This document shows, piece after piece, positions 19,088-28,461 of a stretch of DNA of 64,000 bases (positions within the stretch are counted from its first letter, which is position 1; the number at the start of each line of letters is the position of its first letter). Both the position numbers and the translations under genes were made by a program. The stretch covers positions 128,001 to 192,000 of the forward strand of contig CAVVLJ010000020.1 of NCBI GenBank assembly GCA_963749075.1, read 5' to 3'. Source of the DNA: an uncultured Pseudomonadota bacterium (GTDB lineage Bacteria > Pseudomonadota > Alphaproteobacteria > JACZXZ01). A model generated the notes under the pieces. It saw only the letters and a program-made list of their open reading frames with translations, was not told the origin of the DNA and made no database searches.

Positions 19088-19504
19088 TCACGGTGCCTCG
19101 TCCTCGTCGATAGGCACGCCGATCTCGGCTGCAATGGCGGCGACGAATTCCGCGATTTCGCGGAGCGCATCGTTCATCTCGGACCGCCAGCGTGCCGGAT
19201 CGATCGGCTTGTTGGGCGTCTCATCGTGCATCCGATCGTATTCGAGCCAAAACAACCTCGAGAGCAAGCGATCGGCGGCGCTGCCGGCCGCGTCGCCTGC
19301 CAGATCGCGATACCTATTCCGGATCGCGCCAGAGCCGCCCCGCTCCTCAACGTTCCGCGCCAACAGCCACGCATCGATGGCCCAGAGGACGGCGCCGCTC
19401 GCTCTGTTGACGATACGGAGGATGTGATCGGGGTAGTAGCTCAGGAGGTGGCGGGCGTCGGCGGCCCACTGGACGCTGGTCTCCATGGCAAATTGAGCAT
19501 CCAT
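19088..19504 (-). CDS. Hypothetical protein
   Basis: Plausible helical ORF with atypical codon usage, convergent with the R-M gene; start uncertain. Confidence 0.5.
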   Translation of the reverse strand: MDAQFAMETSVQWAADARHLLSYYPDHILRIVNRASGAVLWAIDAWLLARNVEERGGSGAIRNRYRDLAGDAAGSAADRLLSRLFWLEYDRMHDETPNKPIDPARWRSEMNDALREIAEFVAAIAAEIGVPIDEDEAP

Positions 19505-19591
19505 GGGATCATCCTGGTGGCGTGCAAGGGTCGATCGCAAGGCCCGGCCGACATGGAATGTCGGCGGACGGCCAGAAGGGCGCCGCGCGAT

Positions 19592-19652
19592 CTCTCACCC
19601 TCCCACGGCCTTCGGCCGCGGGCCCCTCCCTCTCCCGCAAGCGGGAGAGGGG
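19592..19652. repeat. CCCTCTCCC/GGGAGAGGG-family REP-like palindrome
   Basis: CTCACCCTCCCACGGCCTTCGGCCGCGGGCCCCTCCCTCTCCCGCAAGCGGGAGAGGG; close match to 36388. Confidence 0.8.
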
Positions 19653-19663
19653 AGCGGGGGCAT

Positions 19664-20128
19664 TTACGCCGCGCGGCTCGCCGTTGCGTCGGTGAGAAGC
19701 GCGTAGAGCGCCTCGGCGGTGTCCGAGCCGCGCAGCTTCTCGCACACCGAGCGGTCGCGCAACAGGCGCGAGATGCGCGCCAGCGCCTTCAAGTGGTCGG
19801 CGCCGGCCTTCTCGGGGGCGAGGAGGAGGAAGATGAGGTCGACCGGCTGATCGTCGATGGCCTCGAAGTTGACCGGCGTCTCCAGGCGGGCGAAGACGCC
19901 GTAGAGGCGCTGAAGGTTGGGCAGCTTGCCGTGCGGGATGGCGATGCCGTTGCCGACGCCCGTGGTGCCGAGCCGCTCGCGCTCGAAGAGCACCTCGTAG
20001 ATCTGCCGGTCGGAGAGGCCGGTGAGCTCGGCGGCGCGCTTGGCCAGCTCCTGCAGCGCCTGCTTCTTGCTCGTCACCCGCAGGTGGGGAATCACGCTTT
20101 CGAGCGCGATCAGCTCTGCCATTTCCAT
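19664..20128 (-). CDS. ptsN: PTS IIA-like nitrogen regulatory protein
   Basis: RERLGTTGVGNGIAIPHG, GADHLKALA. Confidence 0.96.
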   Translation of the reverse strand: MEMAELIALESVIPHLRVTSKKQALQELAKRAAELTGLSDRQIYEVLFERERLGTTGVGNGIAIPHGKLPNLQRLYGVFARLETPVNFEAIDDQPVDLIFLLLAPEKAGADHLKALARISRLLRDRSVCEKLRGSDTAEALYALLTDATASRAA

Positions 20129-20160
20129 CCTTGTTCCCCCGACGCCCAGGCCGTCCAAGT

Positions 20161-20742
20161 CTATGATTTGCCGTTGCCCGGGTCCACCCAGCCGATATTG
20201 CCGTCCGGCCGGCGGTAGACCATGTTGAGCTCGCCGTGGGCGCTGTTGCGGAACATCATGGCGGGAAGCTCGGCGAGATCGAGGCGCATGACGGCCTCGC
20301 CCACCGTCATGGTGTCGACCGCGGTGGTGAGCTCGGCCACGATCACCGGCTGCTCGGCGCCGGGCGGCTCCTCCTCGGCGTCCTCGCGGCCGGCGGCGAG
20401 CACGTATTGCCGGGCGTTGAGCGCCGCCGCCTGCCCGCTCTGCTGCCGGTGATGGGCGCGCAAGCGCCGCTTGTAGCGGCGCAGGCGCTTGCCGATGCGC
20501 TCGGCCGCCGCGTCGAAGGCGGGGTAGGGCGCGTCGGCCTCGGCGTGGCCCTGCACCAGGATGTTGCGCCCGACGTGCACGGCCAGGTCGGCGCGGAAGA
20601 GGTGCGCCTCGCGCGACAGCACGACGTGGCCGTCGAGCGCGTTGCCGAAGTATTTGTCGACCACGGCGAGCAACGTCGACTCGACGTGGCTGCGCAGGGC
20701 GTCTCCCACGTCGAGGTGCTTGCCTGAAACGGAAACCTTCAT
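20161..20742 (-). CDS. hpf: Ribosome hibernation promoting factor
   Basis: SGKHLDVGDALR, KRLRRYKRRL, VYRRPDGNIGW. Confidence 0.93.
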   Translation of the reverse strand: MKVSVSGKHLDVGDALRSHVESTLLAVVDKYFGNALDGHVVLSREAHLFRADLAVHVGRNILVQGHAEADAPYPAFDAAAERIGKRLRRYKRRLRAHHRQQSGQAAALNARQYVLAAGREDAEEEPPGAEQPVIVAELTTAVDTMTVGEAVMRLDLAELPAMMFRNSAHGELNMVYRRPDGNIGWVDPGNGKS

Positions 20743-20943
20743 CGTCGCTCTATCTGCCGCCGCCGACCGCGCCGCGCCGCGTCGCCCGCCCGGGGCCGCC
20801 GAGGGGGCCGGCGCCAGGTGGCGGGGCCGGCCATGGAGGGGCGGGAACATAGTGAGCCCACCAGCTTGAGTCAAGCGCACCGCCACCGTCAAATGTGATG
20901 GCGGCAGCGGCCCCCCGCAAGCCCTGCCTCATGCGGCCCCCGG

Positions 20944-22530
20944 TCATCCGGCAGCCTTCAGCCGCCGGCGCTGCACCGAGGAGGGGATGCGCAGGGCCTC
21001 GCGGTACTTGGCGACGGTGCGCCGCGCGATGTCGACGCCCTCCTTGTTGAGGATCTCGACGATGCGGTCGTCGGAGAGCACGTCGCTCACCGCCTCCGCC
21101 TCGACGAGCGCCTTGATGCGGTGGCGCACCGACTCGGCCGAATGCGCCTCGCCGCCCTCGGAGCTGGCGATCGAGGAGGTGAAGAAGTACTTGAGCTCGA
21201 ACATGCCGCGCGGCGTCGCCATGTATTTGTTGGTGGTGACGCGGCTCACCGTGCTCTCGTGCATGTCGATCGCCGCCGCGATGTCGCGCAGCACGAGCGG
21301 CCGCAGATGCTGCACGCCGTAGGCGAAGAAGGCGTCCTGCTGGCGCACGATCTCGCTCGCCACCTTGAGGATGGTGGTGGCGCGCTGGTGCAGCGACTTG
21401 ACGAGCCAGTTGGCGGACTGGTAGCGCTCCGAGAGATACTCGCGCTCGACCTTGCCCTTCACCTCGCGGCTCACGCGCGCGTAATACTGGGTGTTCACCA
21501 GCACGCGCGGCAGCGTCTCGCTGTTGAGCTCGATCTGCCAGCCGCCGTCGGGATGCGGGCGCATCATCACGTCGGGCGTGATGGGCTGTGCGATGCTGCG
21601 GTCGAAGGCGAGGCCGGGCTTGGGGTTGAGCGCCCTGATCTCGGCCATCATGTCGAGGAGGTCCTCCTGGCTCGCCTCGCAGAGCTTGCGCAGGGCTGCG
21701 AAGTCGCGCTTGGCGAGGAGGTCCAGGCGCTCGAGCAGGCGCGCGATGCAGGGGTCGAGGCGGCCGCGGTCGCGCAGCTGGAGCGAGAGGCACTCCTTGA
21801 GGTCGCGCGCGAAGACGCCCGGCGGATCGAGCTGCTGCAGCTTGAGAAGCGCCGCCTCGACGCGCGCCACCTCGCAGCCGAGCTGGCGCGCGGCCTGGGC
21901 GAGATCGGCCGGCAGATAGCCCGCGTCGTCGAGGAGGTCGACGAGATGCACGCCGATCATGCGGTCGACCGGGTCCGCGAGGTCCATGTTGAGCTGCTCG
22001 ACCAGATGCTCGCGCAATGTCGCCGGCTCGGAGAGCGTGTCGGCAAAGTCGAAGCTGCGCTCCTCGAAGCTGCCGCCGCGGCCCTGGCCCCAGCTCGCCG
22101 GCGCATCGGCGGGACCCGGCTGCGCCGGCGCACCCTCGGCGGCGTCCCACAGGTTCTCGTACTCGGTGTCGAGCGGCGCCTCAGCCGCCGCAGGCATGGA
22201 GGGATCGGCCGTCAGCTCGGCGGTGTCGCGCTCGTCGCCGTCCCCTACCTCGCCGCTGCCGTCGCCCTCCGCGCCGTCGTTCTCGCTGGCCTCCGACTCC
22301 TCAGCACTGCCGTCCGCCTCGCCGCCCTCCGCCTCGACGCCGTCCGGCGCCGCGCCCTCGGGCTCGATGCCGTCCGGCCGCTCGAGGAGCGGGTTCTGCT
22401 CGAGCTCCTGCTCGACAAAGGCGGCGAGCTCGAGGTTCGACATCTGCAAGAGCTTGATCGCCTGCTGCAGCTGAGGCGTCATCACCAGCGTCTGGGTCTG
22501 GCGCAGATCGAGGCGGGTGGTGATCGCCAT
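20944..22530 (-). CDS. rpoN: RNA polymerase sigma-54 factor
   Basis: MTPQLQQAIKLLQ, HESTVSR, ARRTVAKYRE RpoN box. Confidence 0.98.
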   Translation of the reverse strand: MAITTRLDLRQTQTLVMTPQLQQAIKLLQMSNLELAAFVEQELEQNPLLERPDGIEPEGAAPDGVEAEGGEADGSAEESEASENDGAEGDGSGEVGDGDERDTAELTADPSMPAAAEAPLDTEYENLWDAAEGAPAQPGPADAPASWGQGRGGSFEERSFDFADTLSEPATLREHLVEQLNMDLADPVDRMIGVHLVDLLDDAGYLPADLAQAARQLGCEVARVEAALLKLQQLDPPGVFARDLKECLSLQLRDRGRLDPCIARLLERLDLLAKRDFAALRKLCEASQEDLLDMMAEIRALNPKPGLAFDRSIAQPITPDVMMRPHPDGGWQIELNSETLPRVLVNTQYYARVSREVKGKVEREYLSERYQSANWLVKSLHQRATTILKVASEIVRQQDAFFAYGVQHLRPLVLRDIAAAIDMHESTVSRVTTNKYMATPRGMFELKYFFTSSIASSEGGEAHSAESVRHRIKALVEAEAVSDVLSDDRIVEILNKEGVDIARRTVAKYREALRIPSSVQRRRLKAAG

Positions 22531-22550
22531 GGCGCGGACGAGCCTCTGGC

Positions 22551-23351
22551 CTACAGGCTGAAGCGCTCGCCGAGATAGACCCGGCGCACGTCCTCGTGGG
22601 CGACGATCTCGTCCGGCTTGCCCTCCATCAGCACCTGGCCCTGGTGGATGATGTAGGCCCGGTCGACGATGTCGAGCGTCTCGCGCACGTTATGGTCGGT
22701 GATGAGCACGCCGATGCCGCGGTCCTTGAGGTGGGAGACGAGGTCGCGGATGTCGCTCAAGGCGATGGGATCGATGCCGGCGAGCGGCTCGTCGAGCAGC
22801 ATGAAATGCGGCTGCGAGGCGAGTGCCCTCGAGATCTCGACGCGGCGGCGCTCGCCGCCGGAGAGCGCCAGCGCCGGAGCGCGGCGCAGATGCGTGATCG
22901 AGAACTCGGCGAGGAGGTCGTCGAGCATCTGCTCGCGGCGGTCGCGCTCGGGCTCGACCACCTCGAGGACGGCGCGGATGTTCTGCTCGACCGTCATGCC
23001 GCGGAAGATCGAGGGCTCCTGGGGCAGATAGCCGATGCCGAGCCGCGCGCGGCGGTACATCGGCAGGTCGGTGATCTCGACGTTGTCGAGGAGGATGCTG
23101 CCGTAGTCCGCCGAGATGAGGCCGGTGATGATGTAGAAGCAGGTCGTCTTGCCGGCCCCGTTGGGCCCGAGCAGGCCAACCGCCTCGCCGCGCTCGACCG
23201 AGATGCTGACGTTGCGCAGGACCGGGCGCTTCTTGAAGCGCTTGCCGAGGTTGCGCGCGAAGAGGCCGGCATTGTCGGCGACGAGACGGGGCCCCGGCGC
23301 CTCCGGCGCCGGCGCGCGCGCCGTTCCGCTGTCGTCGCGCCGCTCGCTCAC
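22551..23351 (-). CDS. lptB: LPS export ABC transporter ATP-binding protein
   Basis: GPNGAGKTT, YLPQE, LSGGERRR, ITDHNVRETL, VYLGERF. Confidence 0.96.
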   Translation of the reverse strand: MSERRDDSGTARAPAPEAPGPRLVADNAGLFARNLGKRFKKRPVLRNVSISVERGEAVGLLGPNGAGKTTCFYIITGLISADYGSILLDNVEITDLPMYRRARLGIGYLPQEPSIFRGMTVEQNIRAVLEVVEPERDRREQMLDDLLAEFSITHLRRAPALALSGGERRRVEISRALASQPHFMLLDEPLAGIDPIALSDIRDLVSHLKDRGIGVLITDHNVRETLDIVDRAYIIHQGQVLMEGKPDEIVAHEDVRRVYLGERFSL

Positions 23352-23379
23352 CACCGCGCACCCCTCATCGTTCCATGCC

Positions 23380-24420
23380 TCACTTCTTCGCCGGGGCGTC
23401 GCCCGGCTTGGCCGGCTGCGCGCCGCCCGGCGTCTCGCCCTGCTTCGGCACCAGGAGGCCGCGCACGCGGTCGTCCTTGGCGCAGGCATAGAGGCGGCTG
23501 ATGCCGGTCTTCATGTTCATGACGGCGCACTCGCCGTCGAGCTGGTCCTGGCCGCGCGTGATCTTGACCGAGCCCTTGAGGTCGGCCACGTCGCGGTCGA
23601 GATCGTAGTTTCCGTAAAGCGCGCGCGCGGTCGAGGTCGCGGTGCTGACGACCACGTTGTTGAACGCTTCGATGAAGCTCATGACGAGCTGGCCCTTCTC
23701 GTCGGGCTTGAAATGGGCCTCCAGCACGTCTGCAGTCACCGTCCTGTCCTCGCGCACCGCCTTGGCATCGCCGCGCGCCACCGCGTACTGCTTCAGCTTC
23801 CAGTACTCGAGCGAGTCGCGCGCGGTGACCACCCCCTTCGGCGTATCGAGCTCGAGCTTCTTGCCGGTCAGCACGAAGACGCCATTGTCGACGTCGTAGA
23901 CCGCCTTGTCGCCGAACGCGGTGTCGCTGGACGTCGTGATCTTGACCTGGTCGTCGGCGTCCAAGCGCCAGATGTCCGAGCCGCCCGATGGCGTCTTGCG
24001 ATAATAGGCCGTCAGCACCTGGCCGTAAACCGTAACGTCGCCGCGCACCGCCTTGGCATTGCCGCGCGCGATGTAGAGCTGCTTCTCCTGCTGCCATTCG
24101 ATGCCCTGATCGGCCTCGACCGTCACGGGCATGCCGTTTTCCTGGCCGGGAATCCCGAGCATGTTCTCGCCCGCGGGCGCCCCCTGCCCGGGCGCCGCCG
24201 GACTGGCCGTGCCGGTGGCCTGGCCTGCCGTCGCGGGCGCCTTGCCCCCGGCGGCCGGCGGCGCTTGCGGCGGCCGCGGCGGCGCCGGTGGAGCCGGTGC
24301 GGCGCTTCCGCCTGCCGCACTATCCTGCGCCTGCGCGGAGGGCGAAGGCGCTGCGGCGGCGAGCGCCAGCAGTGCCGCCACGGCCGCGGCGCGCGTGGCG
24401 CCTCCGGCGAGCCGCCTCAT
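23380..24420 (-). CDS. lptA: LptA/OstA family protein
   Basis: Signal peptide, Pro/Ala linker, tandem OstA beta-jellyroll repeats; between lptC and lptB. Confidence 0.85.
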   Translation of the reverse strand: MRRLAGGATRAAAVAALLALAAAAPSPSAQAQDSAAGGSAAPAPPAPPRPPQAPPAAGGKAPATAGQATGTASPAAPGQGAPAGENMLGIPGQENGMPVTVEADQGIEWQQEKQLYIARGNAKAVRGDVTVYGQVLTAYYRKTPSGGSDIWRLDADDQVKITTSSDTAFGDKAVYDVDNGVFVLTGKKLELDTPKGVVTARDSLEYWKLKQYAVARGDAKAVREDRTVTADVLEAHFKPDEKGQLVMSFIEAFNNVVVSTATSTARALYGNYDLDRDVADLKGSVKITRGQDQLDGECAVMNMKTGISRLYACAKDDRVRGLLVPKQGETPGGAQPAKPGDAPAKK

Positions 24421-25166
24421 CCGTGCCCCTTGTCCGCCGGTGCGCTCTCCTTTGGGCCGCCGCCGGGCAGCGTCTCGGGGGCGCCGCCCTCCTCGCGCGA
24501 GCGCAGGACGAGATGCGCCTTGCCGGTGAAGAGGATGCTCTGGCCCTTGTCGAGGACGCGGAAGCCCTCGGAGTGGATGTCGCCGGCGGGGCCCTGGCCA
24601 TGCACCGGGTCGTCGCCGTCGGCGGTGTTGTCGGCCAGGTTCACGTGGGCGGCGAGGGTCTCGAACTCGTAGCCGTCGTCCTGGTAGAGCTGCACGTTGC
24701 CGATCAGGTCGAGCTGCTGATCCTGCTCGCGATAGACGCCGGAATCGCCCTTGAGCGCCACCCAGTTGCCGCGGTTGAGCATGATGTCGGCCATGGGATG
24801 ATCGAGCTCGACGACGTCGGACTGCGGGTTCTTCTTGATCGCGGTCTTGGCCGTCACGGTGAAGGGCTCGCCGCGCTTGTCCATGCCCTGATAGCGCGGA
24901 TTCAGCATGCGGAGATTCTGCACGTCCTCCTGGGTGATGTTGGCGAGGCCGACGCGGAAACCCTCGTCGTGCGCCCTGAATTGCGGCCAGACGACGACGA
25001 GCAGGACGATGGCGGTGGCGACCGCCGGCAACACGATCTTCATGACGCCGACGAAGGAGGTATGGCCCCGGCCTGCCAGCGCGCTGAGCGGGCGCGGCCG
25101 CGGCATCGCGAAGTGCAGGCGCGCGCGGCCCTCGCCCGGCGGCCTTTCCTTGGTGAGCTCGCCCAT
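24417..25166 (-). CDS. lptC: LPS export periplasmic protein LptC
   Basis: TM helix, MLNPRYQG, GPAGDI..GF; operon position. Confidence 0.85.
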   Translation of the reverse strand: MGELTKERPPGEGRARLHFAMPRPRPLSALAGRGHTSFVGVMKIVLPAVATAIVLLVVVWPQFRAHDEGFRVGLANITQEDVQNLRMLNPRYQGMDKRGEPFTVTAKTAIKKNPQSDVVELDHPMADIMLNRGNWVALKGDSGVYREQDQQLDLIGNVQLYQDDGYEFETLAAHVNLADNTADGDDPVHGQGPAGDIHSEGFRVLDKGQSILFTGKAHLVLRSREEGGAPETLPGGGPKESAPADKGHG

Positions 25167-25180
25167 CGGCAGTCCCGCGC

Positions 25181-26203
25181 TCAGCTCACGCCTGCGCGCA
25201 GGCAGTCATGGATGTTGAGGATGCCAACGGGACGGCCGTCCTCGACCGCGAAGAGGCAGCCGATGCCGCGATTGTCGATGCCGCGCGTGTTCATGAGGTT
25301 GAGCGCCTCCGCGGCGAGCGCCTTGGGCCTGATCGTCTGGGGCTCGCGCGTCATCACCTCGCCGACCGTCATGGCGAGGATCGCCGCTCCCATGTGCCGG
25401 CGCAAATCTCCGTCGGTGACGATGCCGATGAGGAGGCCCGACCCGTCGACCACGCCGACGCAGCCGAAGTGCTTGGCGGTCATCACCAGGATCGCCTCCG
25501 ACATGGGCGTCTCGGGGCGCGCGAGCGGCATCTCCTCGCCGCCGTGCATGAGGTCGGCCACGCGCAGCAGGCGGCGACCGATAGCGCCTCCGGGATGGAG
25601 GAGCTGGAACTCGTCGACGGAGAAGTCCCGGCGCTCGAGGAGTGCTATGGCGAGCGCGTCGCCCAGGGCCAGCATCATCGCGGTCGAGGTGGTGGGCGCC
25701 AGGCCGAGCGGGCAGGCCTCGGGTGCCGCGGGGAGGAGGAGAGCCGCGTCCGCCGCCTCGGCGAGCGAGCTTCCCGCACCGCCCGTGATGACGACAAGCG
25801 GGATGGCGAAGCGTCGCGTATAGGCGACGAGATCGGCGAGCTCGTTGGTCTCGCCGGAGTTGGAGAGTGCCAGGACCGCGTCCTCGCGGATGATCATGCC
25901 GAGATCGCCGTGGCTCGCCTCGGCCGGATGCACGAAGAGCGCCGGCGTGCCGGTCGAGGCGAGCGTCGCCGCGATCTTGCGCGCGATGTGGCCGCTCTTG
26001 CCCATGCCGCTCACCACGACGCGGCCGCGCACGCGATGCAGGCGCTCGACCGCCGCGACGAAGTTGGCGCCGAGCGTCTTGGCGAGGCTCGCGATGGCCG
26101 CCGCCTCGGCGTCGAGCACGCGCGCCGCCGCCGCCAGGTCGCGGCTCCCTGGCGCGCTCTCGCCCGTCGCCTCGCGGGTCATGAGGGGACTTACCCGCTC
26201 CAT
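25181..26203 (-). CDS. kdsD: Arabinose-5-phosphate isomerase (KpsF/GutQ family)
   Basis: GMGKSGHI, HPAEASHGDLG, APTTST, HPGG, CBS domains. Confidence 0.93.
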   Translation of the reverse strand: MERVSPLMTREATGESAPGSRDLAAAARVLDAEAAAIASLAKTLGANFVAAVERLHRVRGRVVVSGMGKSGHIARKIAATLASTGTPALFVHPAEASHGDLGMIIREDAVLALSNSGETNELADLVAYTRRFAIPLVVITGGAGSSLAEAADAALLLPAAPEACPLGLAPTTSTAMMLALGDALAIALLERRDFSVDEFQLLHPGGAIGRRLLRVADLMHGGEEMPLARPETPMSEAILVMTAKHFGCVGVVDGSGLLIGIVTDGDLRRHMGAAILAMTVGEVMTREPQTIRPKALAAEALNLMNTRGIDNRGIGCLFAVEDGRPVGILNIHDCLRAGVS

Positions 26204-26296
26204 CGCATTTCCTTGTAATATCTCAATGAATCACGCTGCGCCCAGTATGCGCCGGGGGCACCGCACGGTCAACGAATAGCACCCCTCGGGCTTGCG

Positions 26297-26923
26297 TCAA
26301 TGGGCGAAGACGTCGGGCTCGTCCCAGCCGCCGAGGTCGAGCTCGGCGCGCGCCGGCAGGAAGGCGAAGCAGGCCTGGGCGAGCGCCTGCCGCCCCTCGC
26401 GCTCGAGCAGCGCCTCGAGCTTGTCGCGCAGCGCGTGCAGGTAGAGCACGTCGGTGGCGGCGTAGGTGAGCTGCTCCGGGCTGAGCTGCTCCGTGCCCCA
26501 GTCGGAAAGTTGTTGCTGCTTGCTGAGGTCGACGCCGAGGAGCTCGCGGCAGAGGTCCTTCAAGCTGTGGCGGTCCGTGAAGGTGCGCGCGAGCTTGGAG
26601 GCGATCTTTGTGCAATAGACCGGGCGGCAGGCGACGCCGAGGTAGCAGCGCAGCGCCGCGAGATCGAAGCGCGCGAAATGGAAGAGCTTGACGACCGCGG
26701 GGTCGGTGAGGAGCGACTTCAAGTTGGGCGCCTCGTAGCGGCCGCGCGCGAACTGCACGACGTGGCAGACGCCGTCGCCGGCCGAGAGCTGCACGAGGCA
26801 GAGCCGGTCGCGGCGCGGCAGCAGCCCCATGGTCTCGGTGTCGATCGCGACGATCGGGCCGAGCGAGAGGCCGCCGGGAAGGTCGCCCTGATGCAGTCTG
26901 GTCTGCGGCTGGGAGCTGCTCAT
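26297..26923 (-). CDS. rnd: Ribonuclease D (3'-5' exonuclease)
   Basis: AIDTETMGL, FHFARFD, CTKIAS, SDW, YAATDV. Confidence 0.9.
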   Translation of the reverse strand: MSSSQPQTRLHQGDLPGGLSLGPIVAIDTETMGLLPRRDRLCLVQLSAGDGVCHVVQFARGRYEAPNLKSLLTDPAVVKLFHFARFDLAALRCYLGVACRPVYCTKIASKLARTFTDRHSLKDLCRELLGVDLSKQQQLSDWGTEQLSPEQLTYAATDVLYLHALRDKLEALLEREGRQALAQACFAFLPARAELDLGGWDEPDVFAH

Positions 26924-26955
26924 CGGCGAGGCACCGTCCGGTCCGTGCAAATGAA

Positions 26956-27042
26956 TGGTGCCCAGGAGAAGACTCGAACTTCCACGACCTTGCGGCCACA
27001 GGTACCTGAAACCTGCGCGTCTGCCAATTCCGCCACCTGGGC
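26956..27042 (-). tRNA. tRNA-Leu(CAG)
   Basis: GCCCAGGTGGCGGAATTGGCAGACGCG..TTCAGGT..long variable arm..TTCGAG..CCA. Confidence 0.96.
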
Positions 27043-27071
27043 AGAGCTCATGTCGATTTTTCGGCCCGCAC

Positions 27072-27100
27072 TGCCTAGCCCGACCCTCCGGCGATGTCAA
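27072..27100 (-). promoter_or_regulatory. Sigma70-type promoter for tRNA-Leu
   Basis: TTGACA-N17-TAGGCA on the minus strand. Confidence 0.55.
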
Positions 27101-27101
27101 T

Positions 27102-27197
27102 TGGCAAATCCCCGCGGTGGCAAATCCCCGCGGTGGCAAATCCCCGCGGTGGCAAATCCCCGCGGTGGCAAATCCCCGCGGTGGCAAATCCCCGCGG
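27102..27197. repeat. Perfect 16-bp tandem repeat x6 (TGGCAAATCCCCGCGG)
   Basis: Six exact consecutive copies with no spacers. Confidence 0.97.
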
Positions 27198-27210
27198 TCG
27201 AGGGCAAACC

Positions 27211-27301
27211 CATTTGGCGCGGCACGAATTTCCTCATCCTTCGAGACGGGCCTGCGGCCCTCCTCAGGAAGAGGAAATCCGCCGAACGTGGGGGCCACCT
27301 C
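27211..27301. repeat. CTTCGAGACG/CTCCTCAGG-family REP-like element (about 90 bp)
   Basis: Near-identical inverted copy at 61841-61930. Confidence 0.85.
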
Positions 27302-27440
27302 GCTGAGATCGAGGCGGCCATAGGCGATCCCCCTGCCTACGGCCCGGGTGCGCGACTGCCTCAGCCGGCGCCCGCCGAGGCAGCGGCTTGCGGCGCGGCG
27401 CAAGACCGGATAAGAAGCGGCGAGCGATGGGAGACGACGA

Positions 27441-28454
27441 ATGGCCACTCGCCGCGTCACGATTTTCGGCGGATCGGGCTTTCTCGGGCGCCACCTGGTG
27501 CGGCGGCTCGCCGCGCGCGGCAACGTCCTGCGCATCGCCACGCGCGATCCGGCCGCGGCGCATTTCCTCAAGCCGATGGGCGACGTGGGCCAGGTGGTGC
27601 CGCTCAAGGTCGACGTGCGCGACGAGGCCGCGGTCGCCGCCGCCACGGCGGGCGCCGACGCGGTCGTCAATCTGGTCGGCATCCTCTTCGAGCGGGGCAA
27701 GCAGCGCTTCGCCGAGATTCACCAGGCGGCGGCCTGGCGCATCGCCCGCCAAGCGGCGGCCGCGGGCGCCAAGCATCTGACGCACGTCTCGGCACTCGGT
27801 GCCGACCCTCAGGCGCCGGCGCTTTACGCGCGGAGCAAGGCGGCCGGCGAGGAGGCCGTGCGCAAGGCGTTTCCCTCAGCCGCCATCCTGCGCCCGAGCG
27901 TGGTATTCGGCCCCGAGGACGACTTCTTCAACCGCTTCGCGGCCCTCGCGCGCATGCTCCCGGCGCTGCCCGTGTTCGGTGCCGCCCCGCGGTTCGAGCG
28001 CCGTGCCGACGGCGGTGCCGCGCTCAACTGCTTCGGCGGCGGCGGCGTGCGCTTCCAGCCGGTCTATGTGGGCGACGTGGCGGAGGCGATCGTGCGCACG
28101 CTCGAGGAGCGCGCCGCCAGGGGGCGGACCTACGAGCTCGGCGGCCCGCGCATCTACAGCTTCAAGGAGCTCATGGAGCTCGTGCTGCGCGAGACCGGGC
28201 GCAAGCGCCTTCTCCTTCCCCTGCCGCTGCCCATCGCCGAGATCGAGGGTGCGCTCCTCGGCCTCGTGCCGCTGCTCCCGCCGCTTCTCACGCGCGACCA
28301 GGTGCTGCTCATGCGGCGCGACAATGTGGTGAGCGCGGGCGCCCTCGGGTTGGCCGAGCTCGGCGTGGCGCCGACGCCGGCGGAGAGCGTGCTGCCGACT
28401 TACATGGACATCTACCGGCGCGGCGGGCGCCGGCGCGGCCTTGGTCTTGCCTGA
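27441..28454 (+). CDS. Complex I NDUFA9-family NAD(P)-binding protein
   Basis: FGGSGFLG, KPMGDVGQ, YARSK, RPSVVFGPED, QPVYVGDV. Confidence 0.92.
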   Translation: MATRRVTIFGGSGFLGRHLVRRLAARGNVLRIATRDPAAAHFLKPMGDVGQVVPLKVDVRDEAAVAAATAGADAVVNLVGILFERGKQRFAEIHQAAAWRIARQAAAAGAKHLTHVSALGADPQAPALYARSKAAGEEAVRKAFPSAAILRPSVVFGPEDDFFNRFAALARMLPALPVFGAAPRFERRADGGAALNCFGGGGVRFQPVYVGDVAEAIVRTLEERAARGRTYELGGPRIYSFKELMELVLRETGRKRLLLPLPLPIAEIEGALLGLVPLLPPLLTRDQVLLMRRDNVVSAGALGLAELGVAPTPAESVLPTYMDIYRRGGRRRGLGLA

Positions 28455-28461
28455 CGCCCCG

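Noticed and set aside
27102-27197. CRISPR array or sigma54 promoter array
   Set aside because: No spacers and no cas genes; TGGCA is not followed by TTGC at the GG-N10-GC spacing
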